In this document: one piece after another, positions 1 to 13,435 of the stretch | Numbering within the stretch: position 1 is the stretch's first letter | Layout: each line of letters starts with the position of its first letter | From: Proteromonas lacertae | Lineage: Eukaryota | Length of the DNA stretch: 64,000 nucleotides | Direction: 5' to 3' | Assembly (NCBI GenBank): GCA_002245135.1 | Contig: NGBS01000301.1 | Span: 1-64,000, forward strand | Position numbers and translations under genes: made by a program | The notes under the pieces: model-generated | Seen by the model: the letters and a program-made list of their open reading frames with translations, nothing else | Told to the model about the DNA's origin: nothing | Databases searched by the model: none

Positions 1-1045
1 CTGTAAGCTCAACTGAAAAATTATCAAGTGGTTATCAATTTCCATACATTGGATTTGGGTATATTGATATAGATTTATATTTATCTTTAGTACTGTGTTT
101 TTATTAGATCAAGAGGTTGTTAACAATGCAATTTCGTAGTGCAATCTTAGCGGGTTATAGAGCCATTGACTGTGCCCCAGCATATGTATATTTAAAATTA
201 CAAGTTATAACTATTTATAGAATAATGAGAAGTTATTAGGAGTTGCCATTAAGAAATGTATTGATGAAGGTCTTGTCAAAAGAGAAGAGTTGTTTATCAC
301 ATCAAAATTATGGATGACTGATTGTCATCCTGAATCCGTTGAGACAGCTTTAAAAGAAGTTTAATGTTGCTTCAATTAGACTATTTAGATCTATATTTAA
401 TTCACTGGCCTGTTATCTACACATTAAAAGAACCAAGAGATAAAACAGACTTAGAAGGATGGTTTGTTAAGAGTGTACCAGATGAACAAAAGATGGGTTA
501 TGATGCCGATCAATTTGCTAAAGTATGGCAAGAAATGGAGAAATTAGTGTATGCTGGAAGAATCAAATCTATTGGTGTTGCCAACTTTTCTAAGGTCAAA
601 TTAATGAATTTATTAAAAATAGCCAAAATAAAGCCTGCAACATTCAAATGGAAATTCACCCATATAATGGTCAATTATGAATACGTTGATTATTTAAAAC
701 AATTAGGAATGACAATTACAGCATATCAATCCTTAGGAGGTGGTGAAGAGAAGATAGGTGACCATGAACCATTATTGAAGAATAAAGTGATTAATGATAT
801 TGCTAAAAAGCATAATAAGAGTTTGCACATGTGTTATTAAGATGGCCATTCAAAGAGGAATTCATATCATTCCCAGAAGTTCAAATCCTGAACATGTCAA
901 ATCAAACCTTGATATATTTGATTTTGAATTAGATAAGGAGGATTTGGAACATATTGAATCATTAGATACTCGTGCTAGAATCTGTTTTGGAGGATTCTGT
1001 GTTCCAAAAGGAACTGATGTTAACAAAGCTATTTGGGATGAATAA
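1..1045 (+). CDS. Aldo-keto reductase (5' truncated at window edge; several 1-nt indels)
   Basis: Reconstructed motifs [56 protein letters not shown]. Introns at about 59-90 and 186-220. Frame breaks near 132, 358, 640, 675 and 820. Confidence 0.93.
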
Positions 1046-1186
1046 ATTATAATATCTTCTCTCTTTATTATTATTATTTATTGTTTTTGTTTGGTTAAAT
1101 TTAAAGAACACAAAATTCATTAAAATGTATTATAGAGAATATAATATTCATTGTCAATCACTTTTTTTCTTCAAATTATTCATTTT

Positions 1187-4100
1187 TTAATTAGCTTGAG
1201 CTGGATTATCACTAGCTTTCTTGTAAGAAGGGAACATTTTCTTCATAATCATCATAACAATAGGTTCAGTGATATCAAACACACCATTCTTCAAATCACT
1301 TTTCATATCTTCTAATGGAGGAACTTTATCTTCCTGATCCTTTGTTTTCAATAATCCAAAGAATTTGGTCTTTTTCTTTCTTTCTTCTCTTCTCTTTTTA
1401 GCTTCTTCTATTACTGGCTCAAATATTGCATATAAATCTTCACCATTTGTTTGACTGACCAAATCAATGAGTAAATGGAGATAATCTGATCTTTCGTAGA
1501 GATACTTTGATTTAATACCAAATTCAGAGTAAAAACTTACAAATACATCATAAAATGTCTGAATTATCTTAATTTGATCTGGATGAAGATGATCATAACT
1601 ACCAGTCAAGCTTTTATTTGGCTTGGCATATTCTTTAGGATTACTTTCATAGTCCACTTTTGGATTGATACTTGTATAAGTTAATAGAATATAACCTAAA
1701 GATACCATTGTTACATCAAAATAGTGTAATAACAATTTCTTAAAAACTCCATTATATAAATACTTTTCAAATAAATATAATTGTTGTTCTAAAACTTGAC
1801 AAATCAACTTAGCTTTTGATTTTACAAACGCACTATCATAATTATCCATCTTTTTAACATTAAAGATAGTGTCTTTGATCATATTTTCAATAGTAACATC
1901 AAATGAAATATTGACAATTGATTCAATAAGATTTGTCTCTATTTCACTCAATGTCAAATCATGACTTCTACCCAACGTACTTTTTTCAATTAATATTTCT
2001 AAATGAACTATGCCTCCAGTCTTGGATGAATCTTTTCCCTCTCTTTTCATTGTTATATTCACTGGTTTTGCTTTTTCATAAACATAATAATCAAGTTCTA
2101 ATTCACCAGTACAAAGTAAATCATCAGCATTATTTTCATCCCAATCAAAACACTAATATATGATAATATATATATATATATATATATACTTCAACATATA
2201 AATATGATTTTTGAGATAACATTGATCCCCAACTGGTTGGACTCATCATATTATATTCTGGATTTAATGTATTTTTAACAATTGGAGTTTTAAATGTTTG
2301 AATTTCACTTTGAGCTTCTGGATTTTTGTTTTGCAATACTGATTTGTATTGACTTAAATAGACAATAAGATATGGATCAGAAGATATAACATCACCAACT
2401 GGAAGATGACTTGCTGATTTGACTAAACAATTGATTTTATAAGTAACTAAATCATCTTTTAGATTGGTAAGATCAGCAATTCCATTCAAATTATCTAAAG
2501 TTGCTTGTGAAGTTCTTCTATCTTTATCTAACGGTTGTAAAGACTCTTCTGTCGTTGTTGTTGTTCCTTTCTTTGAATGTTTTATTGTTTTGAGACTGAT
2601 TGTTAATGTACCACCTGGTTTACCTTTCTTGGTGAGTAAATCGATTGTTACATCTTTGGCTGTTGTATATTCTTCCATATTGAACTTGAAGAACTATTTA
2701 AATTAAATATATATATATACTGCTTCACTGATTGATTCAGATGATAATAATTGCTTATCTCTAACTTCAAAATCAATTAAACAACTTCTACCAGTAATTG
2801 TACCCCATGTTTCAGGTGAATGGAATCTGAATTGTGGATTAACTGTACTTTTCTCCACTTGAGTTTTGAATTGTTGATATTTCTTTTCTCCTAATTCCTA
2901 TTTTAATTAGAATGAATAAAAAATATACCGTTTCATTTTTGGCTAACCTTACTTTCATATATGGATCAATACTACCAATACCTTTCGGTAAGTTTTCTGC
3001 TTTCATAATAATCATTGTTACACTATAAGTCTCAGATTTGGCTTGTTGAAATTCTATTGAAACAGTATCTAAAGATATTCCATTCACATTTTCTTCTTCT
3101 TCATCAACTTCAATTTCTTGTTCAACATCTTCATCAACCTGTAATTTTGAGACATAATCCATTTTATCATACAATTCAATTCTTAAGAAATTAATATCAT
3201 TCAAATGAACACATAAACTCATAACAACAGGTAAGTAATTATCAACAGCAACTTGATCACCTTCGAAGAAATCAAAGAATTTGAACCTCAACATCTCTTC
3301 AATCTGTTCATCATCTTTTTTACCAAATAAATTACTAAAACCTGTTAATAAACTTGAACGACGATATTTCACCAAATCTTTTTCATTGGGCAGCATTTTC
3401 TGAGAATGTTCCATAACCATTTCACAATATCGAACTATTGGTTCTAAGATGATATTAAATGCAAATAATTTTCTAATTCCTGGAACTGATTCATAAGGAA
3501 TATCTTTTAAGAAGTCAATATGTTGTTGAACCAACCAAGATAATTCACTACCAGCAACTCTACTGTGCTTTAATGATTCTGATATAGGCATCCAATTATT
3601 CTAATAATAATAATAATATTTAAATAAATAAAAATATATTAAAATATACATTCTCAATAACTTGTGGTATTGAATTTTTAATAATTCTATATCTACTCAT
3701 AATAATCCATTGATATAAAATATCTCTAATTGAAGTTCTCATTAAATTCTTCAATGTTGAACCTGAAGCTGGAACTCTTTTCATTAATGATTTTATTGAT
3801 TTTATTAACTCCAAAACGTTAGGATCAAGTCCTTTGGACGTTTTTACTCGACTTTGGAATAAGAATTTCAAATCATTGAAAAGTGGTGTAAAGAATGATA
3901 ATGATATAATACTATACAATGACTATTTTAATAAATAAATAAAGAGATAAATATAATAATACTTTCTTATCTTCCATATAATTCTTAAACAATCCACCTT
4001 CATCCAATCTAAATATAGCTTCAAACAATGAACAAGCCACTGATACAATATTCATCAACGTAATTGCATTTAATGGATAATTCGCTATTCCATCTGGATC

Positions 4101-6124
4101 TCTCGTGATAACTCTAACAATAATATTATCAGATGAATTCTCCACTAAATCGTAAAACTCCTGGAAATTTGACTGTGTAATTGCCCTATCAGCAACTGAT
4201 TCACCAAATGAAAATATCAAATCCATTTTCTTTAAACATCCACTGAAATTGAAAGCATCAACTTGTCCTTGTGGTGGTAATGATATTATTCTTGCACCTT
4301 GAGATTCAGCTTTTAAAGTGCTTAATATTTTATGTTTTTTACTAGGATGTAGAAATACTTCAAATGTTTCATTGTCACTTTGAATTTCAAATTTTGATTG
4401 TTTCTTCCAAAAGTTGTGAAATTCTCTTTTCATGTTTTTGTAGATACTGTCTACTTCTAACCAATCATCAAGAGGATTTACTTCTTTTACATTTGGGAAG
4501 AAAGTTTTACCAAATTCCATTAAGGTTTCATATAACTCTACTATCTTATCATATACTGGAATAACGAAATTATCATCTAAAAAGAAGATATAATTCATTA
4601 CATTGGATATTTGTCTATAAATATAAATATATATATATATATATTTCTATACTTTTTCATTCCTGTATATATTTTATCTAATTGTACCATATGTTCTTTC
4701 GCTACAAATGCTTTATGCTTTATAATATCTTCAATATTCTTCTTAAACACTCTCATATAAGGATAATAAGATTTATAAATGAATTTAGCAGTGTTTAATA
4801 GGAATGCATTTCCTGTAATAACTTCTTCTACAGTGGACGATACTCTATCATTGAAGACAGAACACATCACGAGAGCTTTACTAATAGCAACTTGTAATGG
4901 ATCAAAGAATAATAAATTCTCTAAATTGTAGATGATTCTATCAGCAACTGGATTGTATAAACCTCCTTCACTTTCTAATAATGTCTGAGGTTCTAATAAT
5001 AATAAATAATAAAAATAAATAAATAAATAATATATACTTTCATTACCTGACCAACTATCTATTGGAAAATCAACATCATATAATCTTCTGATTATATTGT
5101 ATATTATTTCTGATCTTTCTTCATACTTATTAGTTAGTTTCTGATAACGTTGTGCTTCACTAGCATGCTTGGTTACTATAATAATAGATTTTTTATATAT
5201 ACAATCTAATTGTTGTTTTTTCTTTTGAACTTGTGAAGGTAAACAACAACATGGATTCTTTACAACTGTTGTTACTGTACTTACTCCTGTTTTTAAAACG
5301 GTTTTACCAGCATCAGCTAAACCATGAAGCGATAATTCTATCAATTTATTTAATTCATTCTAATTAATATATATAAATCATAATCAATATATACATCTAC
5401 TGATTTTAATAAAGAATTCCATTCATTCACTTTGTTCGTATAGTAATCTTTTATTCCTTGAATACTGTCTTGATTTGTACAATATGATTCTGGATATGTA
5501 TTCTCAGTGTCTTTGTAATATTTGTGAATCATGTCTAAACATACACGAATTATTACTGTTAAATCATGCTCACTTACTGGTTTGGAAAAGTCAGTTGTTT
5601 TAAATCCAGGTGATATAAACTGAACGGATGAAAAATATTTGTTAATTTGACTAATGTTCAGATTGAAGGCCTATATTGATAGTTAATATAAATTATTCAA
5701 TATACAGTACATAGTAGGTTTATATTGTTTGATACTGCATCAGAATATTTACCTGGTAACTCATGTGGTTTAGATTTCTATCATTTTGTTATAAATATTA
5801 AAATATATACAGTTTCTTCGATGGTTTGCAATGGAAATAGACTCAAACTAAACAACAAATCTCTAACTGGCTCTGATATTGTATATTTACCAACTACAAA
5901 TGGCTATTTCATAAAAATAAATCAAATTTCATACGTTCTCTTCCTTCTTAAATTGATCTCTCAGTTTGGTGAAATAAAATTTCTATATATTACACATTTA
6001 GAATACTAAAGCGGGATTAACATTTTCGGCTCTACAATAGAATATATAAATAAATTGATATACTTAGCTCTCAATGGAGCATATTTTCCCTATGATAAAT
6101 ATATATTGAACGAGAAAATACCAT
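1187..6124 (-). CDS. Large multi-exon C2-domain protein, Munc13/MUN-like helical region plus two C2 domains
   Basis: ATG at 6124 is followed directly by a GT-AG intron. C2 motifs KAENLPKGIGSIDPYMKV and SASHLPVGDVISSDPYL...CFDWDENNADDLL. The helical segment LCVHLNDINFLR resembles MHD1; the MUN call is tentative. Confidence 0.7.
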
Positions 6125-6681
6125 TTTAAAAAATAAAATGCAAAATAGATTTGAGTCAGTTATTTTTGTAATTATGTCATTTAAGTCAATATTACATTTA
6201 GATTCTTTTTTTTTTTTATATCGTATGATGTTATTGTTTAATAAAATACCTTATCCTAATAATTTATCCACAGTATTATTCCTTCGATTGCTAATTAAAT
6301 CAAAAAAATATGAAAAGAATTAATGAAATGATAGAAAATGAATACTTTACAACTATCTCTTCCTAACAGCCAACAGCAGCAGTTTAATCCTGCCAGTGGT
6401 AATAACATACTTCCAGCTCTTCAACAATCAATCTGTATCCTGCATGATGTGTACCAGTTCATCTCTTGCAAAGAAATGGAAGAGTTATTTCAATTAGCAA
6501 CAACAATAATAGATTACTGCATTTGTTCTTCAAATTTGAACAAATTGCAGTTCAAATTTGGGTTTTATAAAATTCAAATTTCTCAAACACGACTCGAACA
6601 TGAAATTTTTGTTTGTATTTTCATTTTTCTTTACTATTCATTTTTGATGTATATTTTTTATATTTTTTATATAGTTTTATT

Positions 6682-7105
6682 ATGTCTTCATCAAATCACC
6701 GAGGAAGAGTTGTTGATAGTGAAATTAGAAATATGGTAGTGGAAGCGGTAGAAAGGAGGAACATAAGTGTAGCAAATGCGTCAAGTTTGTATCATATTAG
6801 CAGTCAAGTGTTTATAACTTTATAAGAAGGTACAGAGAACGCGGATGTGTAGATGCTGATCAGCAGGGGGGAAGGAGAGAGTCATTAGTTAAATTTGTCA
6901 TCAAAGAAGTTAGCAAAAATCCGCAAATAACGTTGAGAAATCTACAATCTAAAGTACTAAAAAGATTCGGGATCAAAATTAGCTTATCCACAATCAACAA
7001 CACGTTGAAGGGTCACCTGTTTACATTAAAAAAGTTGTATATATCCCCAGCAAAAAGAAATGCAGAAGAGATTAAAGAAAAACGTAATAACTACAAGACA
7101 TTTAA
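6682..7105 (+). mobile_element. Tc1/mariner-IS630 transposase remnant (paired HTH DNA-binding region only)
   Basis: With one frameshift near 6800 it reads EIRNMVVEAV..ISVANASSLYHIS/SSVYNFIRRYRERG..GGRR..KNPQITLRNLQSKVLKRFGIKISLSTINNTLKGHLFTLKKL..RN. Intronless, higher GC than flanks, DDE domain absent. Confidence 0.8.
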
Positions 7106-7222
7106 AATGGTTTTTATCTACTATATATCTGTTGTATTATACTTTTATACCAAGAAAAACAACAACAAAAAATATATAAAATACAAAATAATAATAATTA
7201 TCATTCGTTAATACTATCAGAA

Positions 7223-9017
7223 TTAATCTCTTGGTGTTACAGGTGGTAGTTCTTCATCACGATAATCAGGTTGACCAGTAGCAATGGTTATTCTCTCCCA
7301 AGTTCTACCATTAGCTCTCAACAATTTTGGTGAATTGTCAGTTATCTCTTTCATGGGGATATAAACAGTACGATTATTAACCAATCCAATACTAAATCCA
7401 GTATAACCAGCCATTACACCATGAGCAGCACTTTGACTCAAAATTAAACATAACACACTATCACTCGAATTAGCTGGTACACTTCGAATAAGATAAGAAG
7501 GATCGATATATTTGATTGTCACTTGTTCAGAATCTTTTAATCTTGAATTTAAGAATTTCTTGGTAATATTCACCATTATTGGACCAGCATCAGTAAATCT
7601 TTTATTACCTCCTTCATCAGTACCCAACTAATTCAAATATAAAAATAGAAAATAAATACTTTTTTAGAATCTTCTCGAATTTTCTTCAAATCTTCTTCAG
7701 GTAATAAATGCTCTTTTTCAGCTGTGTTTACTAAACTCTCTGCAATACCTTCAGCAATAACAATCACAGCATAACCTTTTCTCTTCAACACTTCCTGAAT
7801 CCAAGTCAATCCACCAAAATTACCATCTAAATGAAATGGAACTTCAGGGATCAAGCATAAATCAACCATACCAGTGGACATTGCAGTAAATGCAGCAATA
7901 CTACCAGCTGTTCTACCCATTAATTTTACTATACCAATTCCATTCTTTGTGGATTTAGCTTCAGTTCTTGCGGATCTTACTGCTTTAGCTGCTTCTTCTA
8001 CAGCTGTATCAAATCCAAATGAACGATCAATAAAGGCGATATCGTTATCGATTGTTTTTGGAACACCAGCTACACTGATATTTAATTTCTAATAATATAT
8101 ATATAATAATAATTATATACTCTTTTAGATATTTCTTCATATAATCGATAAGCAGCTCGATGACTTCCATCTCCTCCAATAATAAACAATGCATGAACAT
8201 TATATCTCTCTAACCAATCAATAATCACATCAGCATCAAAACTACCTCTACTACTTCCAATAAAACTACCACCTTCTTCATTTATATATCTCACACTCTT
8301 TGAAGTTAATTCTAATGGATCATCTGAGAAACCTTTAAATCCATTTCTTACACCATATACGTGTTTTACACCATAAGTATAAATCCTAATTAAATATATA
8401 TATAGATATATAAATAAATATACAAGGCATTTGTAATACCACGAACTATATTGTTTAATCCTGGACATAATCCACCAGTTGTACACAATGCAACATTGAT
8501 ATCTTGAGCATCAAACCAACATTCTTCACGTGGACCAGCTCGAACAAAGCCTTTGATGTTCTTTATTGCTGGTTCAGGAACATTATCAGGATTATCACCT
8601 TCACTTTCTCCATCGGTTACTTTACTATCTAAGTCAACATTTTGCACAATATCGTACAATATGATATTGTTATCATTTTGATAATTACGTAAAGGGAGAT
8701 TTCGGTTCAATTCCTCTATTTGAATAATAATAATTCATAAATATACGTGATTTAGAGAATTTAATGTTTGGACGATGTTTGTTATGTTTTTCACCTGCTG
8801 TTTCTCTTAAATGAGGAACATGGAATACTTTATCTGGACTTAATTCTACAGCGGTTCCAGTAATTGATTTCTTTGGTTTTGATGGGGAAGATAAACTACT
8901 TACACTTTTCTTTTCAACTATCTGCTTTTTTGTTAATAAAGCAGCTCCATAACCAAGTACAGCACCAACGCCAGCTGCTGCGATTATTGGGACTAAGTTT
9001 TTATTTGAACCAGACAT
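7223..9017 (-). CDS. PFK: 6-phosphofructokinase, ATP-dependent group X type, with N-terminal hydrophobic anchor
   Basis: RAGPR, TGGLCPGLN, GGSFIGSSRG, GGDGS, GVPKTIDND, KLMGR and YIDPSYLIRSVPAN across short-intron-separated exons. Confidence 0.96.
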
Positions 9018-9140
9018 GATATTCAGAAAGAAAGTTTTGAGATCCGAACTTTAGGCTTGATTTGAAAAGTCATTTTTTTAAAATCGAAATATTGAATGAT
9101 AGAGTCAGTTCATATTGATAAATGATAAAAAATGAGAATA

Positions 9141-12100
9141 TTACAATAAATAGTCTGTTATGTTAACATGTTTACAACGACTTATGTAATCCAATATATA
9201 ACTAGCTGTTAATACCACATCTACATCTTCCTCTAATTCAGATGGGTATTTATTTAGCAATTTCCAGTCATTTTCAACAATCAATATATTTTTAATATTT
9301 TCAATGTTTTTACTATTATTTTCATAACATTTCTTATTAGATGATTTAATTTTCCGAATATAAGCTACACCTTCACCACTTTCGATAATTTCACACAATT
9401 TATCACTTGGAGGTATAGTATTATCACTGATGATGAATATTTTATTATAAAATGCTCCTTGTCCAGTCTTATTCTTTTCCTCTCTCCAAAATTTTGAACA
9501 GTTTTCATTTATATCTTTCACTTCTTCATTCCATTCAAATTCATCCATATTCATTTCTTCAATACTTGATATTCTATTCTTTTTATAATTCATTTCTAAC
9601 TCTGTAATAAATGAAGGTTTCAATATATAAATTCCACTGCATAATGCACAAACTACTTTTATAGTTCTTTTCATTTCGTTTGTAATTAGATGAGTTGTTT
9701 CATTTGAAAAACTATTAAAATAAAAATAAAAACTATAATTATACTCATGTTTTGTATCTAATACTGATAATCCTAAATCTTTAGCTTTCTTTTTATATTC
9801 TGCACAACCTGAGTTACTAAATAATAAATAAATATTCTTAAATTGCTGTTTTAGCTGTTGTTTTATTGATTTTTGAGATGATGTTGTTGAAGATGGTGAT
9901 TTTTTAATTCTCTTATTTGGAGTTAAACTTAAGTCTTTTGATTTCCTTTTTGTCTTTGGAGTTGGTAAAGTTTTTGACTTTGTTTTTAGTCTTGTTGTTG
10001 TTGTTGTTGATGATGTTTTCGTTTCTTCTTCCTCATTCATTATTGTGTTATCATTTTTTTCTTCAATTATGGGAAGACTAATGGGTTTTATTGGTGTTGA
10101 ATTTGATCTGAATATGAAATGTGAATATCCATCAGATTGTGATATGGATTGTGAATTTGATTCAATATTATTCTGTTGTTGTAGTGATTGAGATTGTGTT
10201 TCAAATAATTGCGATGGAATTGTGAAATGGATATTATTTGGTGAAGATAATTGTGGTTGTTGTTGTTGAGGTGGTAATGATTGTGATTGTATATCTTCAG
10301 TGGGTAATGAAGTAACAACAGAATTTGAATGATTATTATCATTTTTGTTATCTGTTTCTTCATTTTCTTCTTTATTCTCAATTTCCATTGTTCCAAAACT
10401 TATATTCTTCTCTTCACTTTGTGTTAATTCTAATCTCTTTTCTATTATTAATGGTGTTTGAATGGATGGTGGAAGTAATGATAATTGTTGTGGAGGTTGT
10501 TGTCTTTCATTTAATAAAGAACTATCAACAGAATTATATTGTTGGATATTATTATCTTCAATATTAGTTATTTCTTCATTCTCAAGTTTTGTTGGATTAT
10601 TATTCCTAATATCTTTTTCTTGATTTGATATTTCATTACTTTCTACTAAATCTAATTTCTTTTCTATTATTAATGGTGTTTGTATGGATGGTGGAAGTAG
10701 TTGAGGTAGTTGTGATTGCTGCTCTTCACTAGATGAAACAACAACAACAACAACAGAATCTGATTTCTTATCATTATCATCATCATTTTCATTCTCAATT
10801 TCCATTGAATTATCATTTTTATTCTCTTCTTCTTGACTTTGTATTTTATCATTTTGTGTTAATTCTAATTTCCTTTTTATAACTGAAGGTGTTTGTATTG
10901 ATGGTTGATATATTTTTGGCTTATTTGGAGATGGTAAAATAGGAGGTGAAACAGAATCTTCTGTTTGATTGGATAATGATGATTGTTTATTAAAATATTG
11001 AATAGAATTATCAGATTGAGAAACATCAAACACTAGTGAATTATTCACTTCATTTTTATTCTCATTTTCAAGAGAAACAGTTGATTCATCAGATTTGTTC
11101 TTTTCTTTTTCCTTTTCGATTGATTTTTCTTCTTGTTCATTTACTATATTCTGTATATTTGGTAATATAATAACACTTGATTCTTCTGATGTAGATGATG
11201 ATGTTGATTTATTATTTGCTTTGTTGTTATTCAAAACTGAATTTTCTACAACATTTTCTTTGGTTTCTTTTGTTTCAATATTATTATTAGTATTTGGATT
11301 ATAATCCTGATGTACATGTGATGTATCTGGACTTGAAATACTAATCGATTTATTACTATCTTTGCTTTTATCTCTTTCTTCATTGCCTTCTTTTTCATCG
11401 TTTATTAATACTACATTCTGATTATTAGATTTATTTATTTCATTATTTACATCATATTCATTTTCTTCCATTATAATCTCTTCTCTATTTCTTTCATCTT
11501 CACATTGAATAACATCTATATCTTTATTCTCTTCTTTTTCTATATCCTTCTTTTTATGTTTTTTATGGTGAGTAACAACAACAACATCATTTGATTGAAA
11601 GGATATATCATCAGATTGAGTAATAATATTATCATTAATAAAATTATTATCCTGTGATTCTGGACTACTGAATGGAATTAACAGTTGTTGTTGTTGTTGT
11701 TGTTGTGATTGTTCAGATTCAGTATTATAAGACATATTTCCTATATAAATACTATCATTTTCAACTTCAACTTCTTCTTCTTCCATTTTCTCATTATTTT
11801 CATTATCTATTTGAGATGTATATAATGCTTCTAAATGATCTAACTTAGTTGATAAAAGATATGGAGATTGTTCAACAAATTTCCATTCATATAAACAACG
11901 AATTATCCAATCAACTGTCAATATTGGAATATTTTCTATTTCACTCAAATCTCTATTTAGATATAATATATTAAAAAAATACAACAAATCACTATCTATA
12001 TTATAAACTATATAATCAGGTATTGTATAATAATTACTGATTGTATACAACACTGTTCCTCCCAACATATGAATTGCATTTTCGATATAACATAGCCTAG

Positions 12101-13266
12101 GATAAGTAGAACTTGAAAATCCAATAACTGAGATCATTTTTTGATTAAATTCTTTCATATATTTTCTATTAATAAAAATTAATAAATAAACAAATTAAAA
12201 ATACTGTGGAGTAGATCTTGATAAAGCAATTTCAAATGAAGATGGACTATTTGGTGAAGATTTATCATCACTTTCTATATTAACAACTTCACTATTTTCT
12301 ATTGAAATTAACAACCAATTAGGATGAAGAGATATTCTTGTTTTACTTTTATAAATATCACAATAGGATATTATGTGTGTAGAATGAGTTATTGTTTTGG
12401 AGATTATTGCACCATGATAGCTAGAGAGTTCTTGAAGATACAGTGACTTATATGGATCAATCATTGGTGAGAAATATAAATGATATTTCTAATAAATATA
12501 AATTATATATATATACAGATAATAATGATTGTTGAAATTGACTTAAATTCTTACAGATTATATACATTGTCTTTCTTAAATTATTAGACCAACTGCCATA
12601 ATATTTCTTTTCTTTTATAATATTTGTGTTTTTACCTTTATCTATTGTAAAAGGACTTTCATCTATCATTTTTTTCATCCTCAAACATTGATCAAGCCAT
12701 TCTATGTCTAAAATTAATCCTTGCGTTTTTTCTGTTGCTTCTATTAGAAGTTCAGAATTGATATTATCTTTTTGAATAATAATATGTGTTATTTGTTGAC
12801 TTATTGTATCAACAACCTATGAAGACAGAGATTATATAGATTTTTCATACATCTGCTCCATAATAATATGATAATGATTTATAATCTTGATAATTATCAA
12901 TATTACTACAATTAATAACAAATTTCAATCCAGAGAAGAAGTGTAAAGGATCTGAAGAATATCTATCCTAATAAAATAGTTGATTTAATATACTTCTTGA
13001 AATCTAATACCATATGTCAATATATCTGTTACAAACTTTGGTGTTACAAAATATAACGATTCTGGTGATCTAACTTTTAATATAATGTTTTCATATTCTT
13101 CTGGGTTGCAAACAATATGCGTACAATCATCATAGCTACGCCCAAATGAAATACCATATTCTGTTAATTCTTTTCTTTGAATATCAGTAATTGTATTGTT
13201 TGTTTTTGATGAAAACTTCAGTATCACATCCAGCAGTAATGTTGAGGTATCTGTACTGTTTTTCAT
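9141..13266 (-). CDS. Multi-BRCT DNA-damage scaffold (Rtt107/Brc1/PTIP/MDC1-like)
   Basis: N-terminal BRCTs (CTHIVCNPEEY, YSSDPLHFFSG, PILTVDWI), long S/Q/E/N-rich disordered region, C-terminal tandem BRCT THLITNEMKRTIKVVCAL. Confidence 0.8.
10419..10907 (-). repeat. Three copies of an internal coding repeat, PSIQTP-x2-I-x-[KR][KR]L[ED]L, period about 220 nt
   Basis: Copies at about 10854-10907, 10645-10700 and 10419-10476, similar at DNA and protein level. Confidence 0.85.
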
Positions 13267-13435
13267 TAAGTTATCGTTTCATAATTCAAAAAAAAAAATA
13301 ATCTGATTCAAGCTTTTAGTCAAGTCTAATTTTCTTATTTTTAAATTTTCTCTTTATCTAATGATAAAAATCCAACAAAATCAATGAAAAACAATAATAT
13401 AATAGTAGTAATAATAATTCAGATTGATGAATTAT

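Noticed and set aside
6338..6739. 133-aa ORF upstream of the transposase relic
   Set aside because: No recognisable motif, and the 3' half is low-complexity T-rich sequence. It may belong to the element but cannot be supported as a gene.
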